This document shows, one piece after another, positions 14,737 to 22,828 of a stretch of DNA of 29,899 nt. Below the pieces are notes generated by a model that saw nothing but the letters and a program-made list of their open reading frames with translations, was not told where the DNA came from and did no database searches. The translations under genes were made by a program, and so were the position numbers. The stretch comes from a virus. Its lineage: Duplodnaviria > Caudoviricetes. The DNA lies in the IMG/VR virus record IMGVR_UViG_3300044723_000499, positions 1-29,899 of that record. The stretch is one strand, 5' to 3'. Every line of letters begins with the position of its first letter. Positions within the stretch are counted from its first letter, which is position 1.

Positions 14737-17700
14737 TCATGCTGCTAATTCTCCATAACCTCTTACGACATAATCAAAAGTTCTATCAACTGTCGCATCT
14801 GAACTATTAAAGAACTCTATTGTGAAACCTGTAGCACTTTTATTTGTTATAACATAATAATCACCACTTGTTAAGTTACTTGCACTTATGCCTATTCCAG
14901 AGATTTCTTTGAATGCAGGTGTAAATGTTACATCTTTACCATTTGTGTCTGTTCCACTATCTATATCTTTCTCAGAATATACTCTATCTGGCATATCTAC
15001 AGTCACCGATAATTGAGTAACTTTTGGTGTAGCTGTTAAATCAGCACTCTTTAAAACTGCTCTAAATTTAAACCCTCTACCAATATAATCACCCACATTA
15101 AACTTTTGGAATGCAGTATAAGTTGGTGAACCACTAGATGGATCATCTCTTGTTCTAGCTATCTGTAATTCAACATTAACATCACCAAATGTTGCATTGT
15201 CACCATCAAAAAATCCCTCACGATCATCAAATAAACCTGCAGCATCATCAAATAGATCAACATAATCTAATCGTTCTGAAAGAACAGTCGCTGTTATTCT
15301 GCTAGTATAAACACCACCTGTATCAATATATGTATCAAAATCATATGTTCCCTCTGATGAAACTGTTCCACCACCACCATCAAATTTTCCTACAGCATCA
15401 TCAAAGTCACCTGTAACATCATCAAATAATGCTGTATCTAAAACTAATGCACTTCCAATATCATAAACATCTGTTTTAGTTCCTGTAAAACTAGGATGTT
15501 GTGTTGATGTCGCTACTAAGTTTAGATCTTTAATATCATCAATTAAAGTAACATTACTTGTTGCATTAGCTGAAGCTAGTCCAAGTTTATCGATTGACCT
15601 AACAAAATATGTTCCAGTTAATGCAGGAACTGTTACTGTGTTTGCAGGTCTTGATACTTTATCAACTAAAGTTGTTGCATTTGTAAATATAGCACCACTA
15701 GTTAATGGTGAATGTCTTATTATATAATGTGATAAATCTAAATCAGCCACAGGTGTCCAAGATAAATGTGCCTCAGTTCCAATAACATTAACTTGAAAGT
15801 TTGTTACATCTGCAGGTGGTTCTGTTTTACCAACAACTTGATGCGCATCTGTTGTAAAAGATGATCTAACATTTAAAGCATTTAATGCTCTTGCCCTAAC
15901 ATCATAAACAACACCATCTTCAACATTTAATAATTCATAACGACCAGTTCCACCTTTACCCATACTCACATAATTGGTATCAGTAGCTTTCTTAGCTTGC
16001 ACCTCAAATTGTGAAACTGCATTATTACTTGAAGTTACTTCTGCTAATAATACAGAAACTGCTTCTTCATTAACAATTCTCAATTCATCTGTAACAGTTA
16101 ACCCCGGTGCAGCAACAGTCTTAGCATCAAATAATGTTGTGTTATTTAGGCTAAATGTTGTTTCTTCTGCATTCCAATCATAAACAGCAGAACTTGTTTC
16201 TTTTAATAATAAATCAACACCCATAACAGGTTGCCCATTATCATCTTGATCTAATGCTAAAGACCATTTCGCAACCTCAAACACTTTAGAAGAAAAACCA
16301 TAACGATCTAAATTAACCATTACAGTATCACCAACTTGATATTTAAATGTGCTTAAATTACAAGGGAAGACCAATGATAATTGTTCTCTGTTAGCATATA
16401 ATGCAATTTTAGCTAATCTTTGTGCTAATGATGGTGTTACTGTATAAGCAAAATCTATATTAGCAAAAACTGTTTCATTATTATCTTCTGATACAAATGT
16501 TGATGATGTAATAGATGGATAATCTGTTGGCTTTACACCCTCTGCTTGATAAATAAATACACCTTTAACTGCATTAAATTGATCTCTTCGGCTTTCTTTT
16601 GTTTTAACACTGACACTAGATCTTAAATCATCCTGTGTTAAAGTGTCTGATGGTGTAATATATGATGCTGCTTTTAATGAAAACTCACCTGCAGTATAAG
16701 TAAAAGTTCCACCCAAAGAAGATAGCATATTTTCTAAAATAGACTTTGGAGTTTCATTAGTGTCTATTATACCATTCATTATATATCTATGTTCAAATAA
16801 TCCAGATGTTATATTAACAGTTGACATACCTTGAGCAGCAACGGCTGTATAATTATAAGCAATAGCAGTAAAACCATCCCTTGTAAGCACATTAAAATAT
16901 GTATCATATTGATCTGGATTTGCTCTAATTACCTTTTCGTCACTTGATAAAGTAACTAATTCATCACAAACATTAGCTGCATTTGTAAAACTTGTTTCAT
17001 TAATTTCAGATGCACTAACACCTAACCCATAATCAGTATCTAATAAATAATCCCTTATACATAATGCAGGATTAGTTGATAATTCTGTTGTGGCATCTCT
17101 GGGATCATAAACTCTTTTTCCGTGAACCAATGCAGATATATTTGGAATTCCATTTGGGAAAACATCTTGGTCAAATTCTAATCTAACATATAAATATGCA
17201 ATTCCTTGCAATCTATGGTCATTAGTCCACAAACCACCACTTTCTGAAACTAAATTACCATTTGCTACTTGGTCATCACTACCATTTGCCCAAAAAATTC
17301 TAGCTTTATTTTTAAAATCTCCACCCACAAAACCATAAATATCAGTTTCAACTTCAACATCATCTATATAAAATTTGCTTACATTTGTAATTTGATGGGA
17401 AGCTAAAGCTATAACCATATGTAAATATTTATTATTATCAGTTGTTTCCATAAAAACAAGTGGACCGGAAACTTTTGCAGTTCCATAGATAACTCTGCGA
17501 TTAGTTATCGCTTGCTTTATCATTTGATCTCTATTTAAAGATGCAGATGATTGTGCGCCAAAACTTCCACTAGGCTTGCCAGATAATGCACTTAATGCAA
17601 CACTTCCTGCTAAAGATATAGCAAAACTAGTTGCGAATGATGAAACTATTGTTGATGCAATTACTGTTCCTGTAACATAATAACCAATAGCAGTTGATGC

Positions 17701-17739
17701 TGCTGCTCCTACTGCTGCTCCTATGACTACCGGTGGCAT
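14737..17739 (-). CDS. Tail tip/hub protein (lambda J-like) with Fn3-like domains
   Basis: RRVIYG, G..YLYVRL, GIPNISALVHGKRVYDPR, NPALCIRDYL, YDVRARALN; 1000 aa. Confidence 0.85.
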   Translation of the reverse strand: MPPVVIGAAVGAAASTAIGYYVTGTVIASTIVSSFATSFAISLAGSVALSALSGKPSGSFGAQSSASLNRDQMIKQAITNRRVIYGTAKVSGPLVFMETTDNNKYLHMVIALASHQITNVSKFYIDDVEVETDIYGFVGGDFKNKARIFWANGSDDQVANGNLVSESGGLWTNDHRLQGIAYLYVRLEFDQDVFPNGIPNISALVHGKRVYDPRDATTELSTNPALCIRDYLLDTDYGLGVSASEINETSFTNAANVCDELVTLSSDEKVIRANPDQYDTYFNVLTRDGFTAIAYNYTAVAAQGMSTVNITSGLFEHRYIMNGIIDTNETPKSILENMLSSLGGTFTYTAGEFSLKAASYITPSDTLTQDDLRSSVSVKTKESRRDQFNAVKGVFIYQAEGVKPTDYPSITSSTFVSEDNNETVFANIDFAYTVTPSLAQRLAKIALYANREQLSLVFPCNLSTFKYQVGDTVMVNLDRYGFSSKVFEVAKWSLALDQDDNGQPVMGVDLLLKETSSAVYDWNAEETTFSLNNTTLFDAKTVAAPGLTVTDELRIVNEEAVSVLLAEVTSSNNAVSQFEVQAKKATDTNYVSMGKGGTGRYELLNVEDGVVYDVRARALNALNVRSSFTTDAHQVVGKTEPPADVTNFQVNVIGTEAHLSWTPVADLDLSHYIIRHSPLTSGAIFTNATTLVDKVSRPANTVTVPALTGTYFVRSIDKLGLASANATSNVTLIDDIKDLNLVATSTQHPSFTGTKTDVYDIGSALVLDTALFDDVTGDFDDAVGKFDGGGGTVSSEGTYDFDTYIDTGGVYTSRITATVLSERLDYVDLFDDAAGLFDDREGFFDGDNATFGDVNVELQIARTRDDPSSGSPTYTAFQKFNVGDYIGRGFKFRAVLKSADLTATPKVTQLSVTVDMPDRVYSEKDIDSGTDTNGKDVTFTPAFKEISGIGISASNLTSGDYYVITNKSATGFTIEFFNSSDATVDRTFDYVVRGYGELAA

Positions 17740-17740
17740 A

Positions 17741-18148
17741 CTATATTCTCCAACAATCTATCGCTTCATCTAACGATAAAAAAATTAAACCATCTAAACT
17801 AACAACTGCTATTTTAGCACCTGTATAAATACCCAAAGCAATACCCTCATTTGTATTAACACTTACTATATCACCTCTAGTAATTTTTTTCTTGTCAATT
17901 TTTTCTAGTTTAGCATCTACTGTATTAACAAGATCACCTTTACCATATTTCTTTAATGCCCTAAAAGAACCTAATGCAGTTTTATATTTATTGAAAAATT
18001 CAGAAAATCTTGAATTGTTAGTTAATATTTTTTCCCATTTAGCAGTAAATAAAGCACAATCATGTTCCCCCCATTTAAAAGGTTTATCTCTGCAATCTTC
18101 TAAATATTTAACTAAAAGATTTTCCCAATTTGAAACTCTAGTTTCCAC
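17741..18148 (-). CDS. NlpC/P60-like tail protein
   Basis: PFKWGEHDCALF...RGDIV; positioned before J. Confidence 0.75.
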   Translation of the reverse strand: METRVSNWENLLVKYLEDCRDKPFKWGEHDCALFTAKWEKILTNNSRFSEFFNKYKTALGSFRALKKYGKGDLVNTVDAKLEKIDKKKITRGDIVSVNTNEGIALGIYTGAKIAVVSLDGLIFLSLDEAIDCWRI

Positions 18149-18695
18149 CCCATTGCACCACTTTATCTGTTAAATCTGAAACAAAATCTAAACCTTTATC
18201 ATTTGGAAAATTAATCTTTTGATCTTCTGGTGTATATCTTCTAACTCTTGCTCTTTCTAAATCAATTAATCTATTTTCTAATGTTAATGATATTGTGCAA
18301 GTTTCACCACTATCTTCAATAGTCATAACATCCATTCGACCATCAAATATTAATGTGGGATCAGCGACAACTGCACCAGATGATAATGCACCCAAATATA
18401 TTAATGCTTGTCTGCCTTGATAACTTTCAGTTAAAGCTAATGAAACGATTGATGTTTCAATACCATCTAAAGTAACTTGCGCACCTCTAGCAGCAATTTC
18501 AGATGTTTCTTCTACTACACTAAATCCTAATAATGTACCTGCACCAGTATATAATTGTGAACCGAAAGTTATATCACCATAACCAGTCCATAATGCGATT
18601 GTTCCACTATCAAAATTTAATTTTATTGCCAAAAACAATTCAACTTCTTTAGCTGATAACTGTGTCAACATATTTGAAGTGATTGATCTAGTCAT
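18138..18695 (-). CDS. Minor tail/baseplate hub protein
   Basis: LWTGYGDI...YTGAG...FDGRMD...RYTPEDQK..FPNDKGLDF; position in the tail operon. Confidence 0.75.
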   Translation of the reverse strand: MTRSITSNMLTQLSAKEVELFLAIKLNFDSGTIALWTGYGDITFGSQLYTGAGTLLGFSVVEETSEIAARGAQVTLDGIETSIVSLALTESYQGRQALIYLGALSSGAVVADPTLIFDGRMDVMTIEDSGETCTISLTLENRLIDLERARVRRYTPEDQKINFPNDKGLDFVSDLTDKVVQWGGN

Positions 18696-19325
18696 TTATA
18701 AACTTTCTATAGCACCAAATGTTATTCCATAAATAGATGCTTCATTAACATTCCAATTAACAACATTCTCATTTAATCTAAAAACACCTTTAGCATTTGT
18801 AACAACTACAGTTGCATCATCTGCCGGTGATGATCTTAAATCTGGGAATATTGTTAAAGTTACATTTCCAGAACCATCTGAATTAGCATCTTGTAAAACC
18901 TTGTGAAATTTTGCAGATGCTCCAGAACCTAATTGAATATAATCACCGGCTTTTAAATATCCTGTTTGACTTGCAGTTGCACCATCAATAACTAACTGAT
19001 CCCCTGTTTGACTAGCACCATTTACTACAGGTGTGCCGGGAGAACTTGATGCAGTTCCTCTAGGTGTTACTGCTGATGGATCACCTAATAAAAATGTTCC
19101 ATATGAACCCTTTAAACTAACTAAAAAAGATATCCATTCTTCTGCATCTGCTCTTTTCATTGGTGGTAATGTGATATCAGCTTCCCATCTTTGACCTGTC
19201 CATTTATGCACTTGTTGCGAATAGGTAAAAGGTGATTGTGATATTGCGACAGTATTTCTTGCAAAGAATGCAACTTGTTGGATTGTTTTATTGGTTGGTG
19301 TAGCTAGTGGATAAGATATAGCCAT
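18696..19325 (-). CDS. Distal tail protein
   Basis: Immediately after the tape measure; SPFTY.QQV...WEADITLPP pattern. Confidence 0.7.
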   Translation of the reverse strand: MAISYPLATPTNKTIQQVAFFARNTVAISQSPFTYSQQVHKWTGQRWEADITLPPMKRADAEEWISFLVSLKGSYGTFLLGDPSAVTPRGTASSSPGTPVVNGASQTGDQLVIDGATASQTGYLKAGDYIQLGSGASAKFHKVLQDANSDGSGNVTLTIFPDLRSSPADDATVVVTNAKGVFRLNENVVNWNVNEASIYGITFGAIESL

Positions 19326-19327
19326 TA

Positions 19328-20935
19328 TTAACCACCAAAAGCAGTTGCGAATGAACCACCCCTCTGACGGCTTTCTAATACTGCTTGTTTAGATGCTTGT
19401 GCTATTCTAGGCATTAGGTTAGCAATCTCTGTTCTAACTGTTTGCTGAACACCTGTAGTCACATTAATAGTTTGATTTATAACTACTCCACCGCCAGAAC
19501 TTAATTGATTGTTAGGTACTACTGAACCACTTCTGCTAGGAACAAACAACTCTGCACCTCTTTCACCTACCATATAGGGTTTATTAGCTTGTACAGATCC
19601 ACCTATAGCTTTTCCCGGTATTGGAGCAGATGATGTGCTTCCACCAAACATTCCACTTAATGCACCAAATAAAGGCTTAGTAATTTGTTGTTGAATAGCC
19701 ATTCTAATTAAATCAGAGATTATTGACCTAGCCATATCACTAAATGCTTCTTTTACAGTTTTGGTTTTATCAAATATACTTAATAAACTGTCTTCAAAAG
19801 ATTTTAATCCTTTGTTTGTTATATCAGCCAATGAAAGATCTAATGTTTTAATTCCTTGTGTATATTTATCTAAACCACCCTTTAATCCATTAAATATTTG
19901 TTGCATTGTGGAAAATGATTTATTTGCATTATCTGTATCAATTTTAATTTCTTTTTGCCTAGTTCCCACTCTCCTAATCAATTCATCCATCTTAGTAAAA
20001 TCGATGTTGATTTCTTTTAATTGGTCAAAGTTTTTAAAAATATCTCTTGTAAAAGGTGAAAAAGTCATAATCGCATTTATAACTTTTACCATTCCATTTA
20101 AAAAACCTTGTAAGGCTACAACAACATTTTTTAATGATTGTAAAAATTCTCCTGCTAAAGTTCTACCAAAAGCACTAACATTTTCATTAGAACCTTTTAT
20201 ACTATCTAATATTTTATCTTTAAGTATTGTGGCTAAATATTCTAATGCAGGAGCTAAAGCTGCTACAGTTTGATCTGTTATACCTTTAAATAATTTACTT
20301 AACTTTAAAACAGCATCATTAGCCTTTTCAACACCTTGAACTGCTGATCCAGATAATAGAACTCCTAAATCATCTGCTTCTTTAAATAAGTTTCTTAATT
20401 CATCTGAACCTAATTTAAGGATGTTTACGAATGCAACACCCTCACTATCAAATAATTTAAATGCTAATCTAACTTTCTCAGAGCTACTTTCAACATCTGC
20501 AAAAGCATCTGATAATTTAAGCATTTGCTCTTGCAAAGGTAATTTTGCTATTTCACTAGCATTTATATTTAATTCTTTTAATGCATCTTTAGCTTCACCA
20601 GTTCCATTAGCTGCTTCTGCTAATCTTCTAGTAAATCTTTGGGTTGCCATATCAACAGTTCTGATTTCAACACCAGATATTTCTGCTGCAAATCTTAAAG
20701 CACCTAATTCTTTAGTTGTAACACCTAATTTACTTGCTGTTTTTCCTAAAGTGTCAATACTTTGCAAAGATGATTTTATTAATAATCCAAAACCACCAAT
20801 ACCGGCTAATCCAACCAATCCAGTTTTAAGACTAAATACTGCACCAGTTATTCCCTTTAAACCTCTGGTAACACTTCTAAAAGCATTTCTGGTTGCATCA
20901 AGAGCAGTAATTTTAATTCTTGTTGGATCTGCCAT
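19328..20935 (-). CDS. Tail tape measure protein (short, 535 aa)
   Basis: Helical Ala/Leu/Lys-rich sequence; C-terminal A.GG.V...YMVGERGAELFVP; follows the chaperone genes. Confidence 0.9.
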   Translation of the reverse strand: MADPTRIKITALDATRNAFRSVTRGLKGITGAVFSLKTGLVGLAGIGGFGLLIKSSLQSIDTLGKTASKLGVTTKELGALRFAAEISGVEIRTVDMATQRFTRRLAEAANGTGEAKDALKELNINASEIAKLPLQEQMLKLSDAFADVESSSEKVRLAFKLFDSEGVAFVNILKLGSDELRNLFKEADDLGVLLSGSAVQGVEKANDAVLKLSKLFKGITDQTVAALAPALEYLATILKDKILDSIKGSNENVSAFGRTLAGEFLQSLKNVVVALQGFLNGMVKVINAIMTFSPFTRDIFKNFDQLKEINIDFTKMDELIRRVGTRQKEIKIDTDNANKSFSTMQQIFNGLKGGLDKYTQGIKTLDLSLADITNKGLKSFEDSLLSIFDKTKTVKEAFSDMARSIISDLIRMAIQQQITKPLFGALSGMFGGSTSSAPIPGKAIGGSVQANKPYMVGERGAELFVPSRSGSVVPNNQLSSGGGVVINQTINVTTGVQQTVRTEIANLMPRIAQASKQAVLESRQRGGSFATAFGG

Positions 20936-21065
20936 CTTCTAACACCTTAAAATATGCTTGCCACTCATTTATATCAGATAAAGTTAAATGTTCAACTTCA
21001 TCTATTGTTTTGTGCAAGCGATCTGCTAAAGCTAATAAATTAAACCTTAACAAATCGCTTTTTAG
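20913..21065 (-). CDS. Tail assembly chaperone G-T extension (-1 frameshift)
   Basis: Frame is open right after slippery A AAA AAC: LKSDLLRFNLLALADRLHKTIDEVEHLTLSDINEWQAYF...; no ATG of its own. Confidence 0.75.
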   Translation of the reverse strand, partial: LKSDLLRFNLLALADRLHKTIDEVEHLTLSDINEWQAYFKVLEDGRSNKN

Positions 21066-21406
21066 TTTTTTTCATGTTCCTCTGCTGAAACAGTTTCACC
21101 AAACATTTTTGCAGATAAATTAGCAACAATGTTTACATCTTCACTCATTAAAAATCGTTTATCTTCTAATGTGAATGCTTTCTCACCATCTTTGGTTTCA
21201 GCTTTCATTATTATAAGATCAACCATTCCATCTACAGTCATATCATTTAGAAAGTTTTTATGCTTTCTCTGCAACTTATTGATATCTCCTGCAGTAATTG
21301 CACTCGCATAAAGAATTAATGGAGTATTGTTTTCACCCCATTCTGGAACTTCAATAGTTCGTCTTTCTTTTACACGTCTAGCTGCTATCTGTTCACCTAA
21401 TGACAT
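21062..21406 (-). CDS. Tail assembly chaperone (gpG-like)
   Basis: Between tail tube and tape measure; ends GAA AAA AAC TAA. Confidence 0.8.
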   Translation of the reverse strand: MSLGEQIAARRVKERRTIEVPEWGENNTPLILYASAITAGDINKLQRKHKNFLNDMTVDGMVDLIIMKAETKDGEKAFTLEDKRFLMSEDVNIVANLSAKMFGETVSAEEHEKN

Positions 21407-21415
21407 TAATCACCT

Positions 21416-21805
21416 TTAAACAGTTGTAGCAGTTAGTGCGCCTGTACCTTGAAGAGTAAAAGATGCTTCAACCATACCATCAAATGATGAAGTGATTGTC
21501 CTACCTGTCACAATCGCAGTTCCAGAATAATAAGTGTCACCTGCTGTATCACCCTCTGGATATACTGCGAAAGTTACTGATGATCCAACTGAAAATGATA
21601 CTTGACCATCTGTGTCTGTTTCATCCCAGAATACATCTACAGAACCACTAAATGTTTTTAATCCTGTTAGATATGTTCTTGAAGCATCACCCATTGTTGT
21701 ATCTTCAATGGTATCTGCTGTTTCTTCTAAACTAAATGAGCGAACTTCAGCGATTGCATTTGAACCACTTTTAACTGTTCCCTCTGATCCTGCGTGTGTT
21801 GCCAT
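21416..21805 (-). CDS. Major tail (tube) protein
   Basis: 129 aa, Thr/Gly/Ser-rich, ends ASFTLQGTGAL; AAGGAG SD. Confidence 0.85.
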   Translation of the reverse strand: MATHAGSEGTVKSGSNAIAEVRSFSLEETADTIEDTTMGDASRTYLTGLKTFSGSVDVFWDETDTDGQVSFSVGSSVTFAVYPEGDTAGDTYYSGTAIVTGRTITSSFDGMVEASFTLQGTGALTATTV

Positions 21806-21817
21806 TTTTATCTCCTT

Positions 21818-22261
21818 TTAAGCTGCAGTTTCTACGTCATTTTCTAAGGTTCTATAAATCACCTCAACAGTAAACCGACCAATGGCAACAGGTTGTTCAC
21901 CCTCACCACTAAAATCGGCTTCAAAAGATGTCACTTGAGTATCCTTTGCAAGACTTCCCAATGTAACATCTGATGCAATAGCTTCTTCAACTTCTACTGC
22001 AATAGTGTCAAGTGTATTGTCATAGTCGCTTGTCGCTTTTACATATGCTTCAACACCAATTTCTAAAACCCTATTAATTGATCTAGGTCTTGTCAATGTA
22101 TCAAAAGTTACATCTTCTGTTTTACTAAAGACACATAATCCCGGTATTTTGTTACTTTCTAATGGATATATTCTTGATCTAAAAACATTTGAACCAGTAG
22201 TTGACAACCCTGTTAAAGTAGTAATAACAGCATCTCTTATTTGTTTTCTAACGTGTGCCAT
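21818..22261 (-). CDS. Tail terminator protein
   Basis: MAHVRKQIRDAV...VFRSRIYP...D.TLG.LA; directly before the tube gene. Confidence 0.75.
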   Translation of the reverse strand: MAHVRKQIRDAVITTLTGLSTTGSNVFRSRIYPLESNKIPGLCVFSKTEDVTFDTLTRPRSINRVLEIGVEAYVKATSDYDNTLDTIAVEVEEAIASDVTLGSLAKDTQVTSFEADFSGEGEQPVAIGRFTVEVIYRTLENDVETAA

Positions 22262-22572
22262 TAATTCTTCTCTAATACTAAAGTTGTCATTCCTGTTCCA
22301 TCATCTTGAACAATCCTAATTGTATAAGCAACACCTAAAATTGTTATTGCATCACCCTCAGTAGCGCTAGATACATCGCTAGTTCTACATAAAAATCTAG
22401 GTTGCTGTATTGCCACTCCAACAGTACCACCTGCATCTACCTCTATAAATTCGTTATCAAATATCCCAATAATATTAACAGGTGAACCACCTTGAACAGT
22501 ATAGCTTGCAGTAGTTCCAAAATCATCCACATCTAAGAATATTAATCGATCTGCTGCACTTTCAACTGCCAT
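22261..22572 (-). CDS. Head-tail joining protein (FII-like)
   Basis: DDFG...GIFD...QDDGTGMTTLVL beta-rich signature. Confidence 0.75.
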   Translation of the reverse strand: MAVESAADRLIFLDVDDFGTTASYTVQGGSPVNIIGIFDNEFIEVDAGGTVGVAIQQPRFLCRTSDVSSATEGDAITILGVAYTIRIVQDDGTGMTTLVLEKN

Positions 22573-22769
22573 TACTCATCCTCTGGTGTGTCTAATGCCT
22601 TAACTGCTCTGTTAATAAAACTTTTCTTTTTCTTCTTTTCTTTTGCTTCTTCAGCATAACCTCTGGTAATTAATTTGTTTGCAATACGATCATCTAAATC
22701 ATGCTCTTCGCCTTTATGCATATTGCCTTGTGTACCTGTGTAACACTTTTGTAAAATTTTAACTTTCAT
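22572..22769 (-). CDS. Small protein downstream of the major capsid gene
   Basis: 65 aa, GAGG SD; A.KLI.RGYAE pattern. Confidence 0.65.
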   Translation of the reverse strand: MKVKILQKCYTGTQGNMHKGEEHDLDDRIANKLITRGYAEEAKEKKKKKSFINRAVKALDTPEDE

Positions 22770-22789
22770 AATACCTCACAATATATAAT

Positions 22790-22813
22790 GGGAGTGATCC
22801 TTAGACCACCCCC
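22790..22813 (-). terminator. Hairpin after the capsid gene (terminator or attenuator)
   Basis: GGGGGTGGTC-TAAG-GATCACTCCC 10-bp stem with two G-U pairs; weak U-tract. Confidence 0.55.
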
Positions 22814-22828
22814 TAATATTAATGCTAA

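Noticed and set aside
19761-21821. Plus-strand ORFs opposite the tape measure and tail genes (170 aa, 173 aa and others)
   Set aside because: Antisense frames kept open by codon bias of the real genes; no recognisable motifs.
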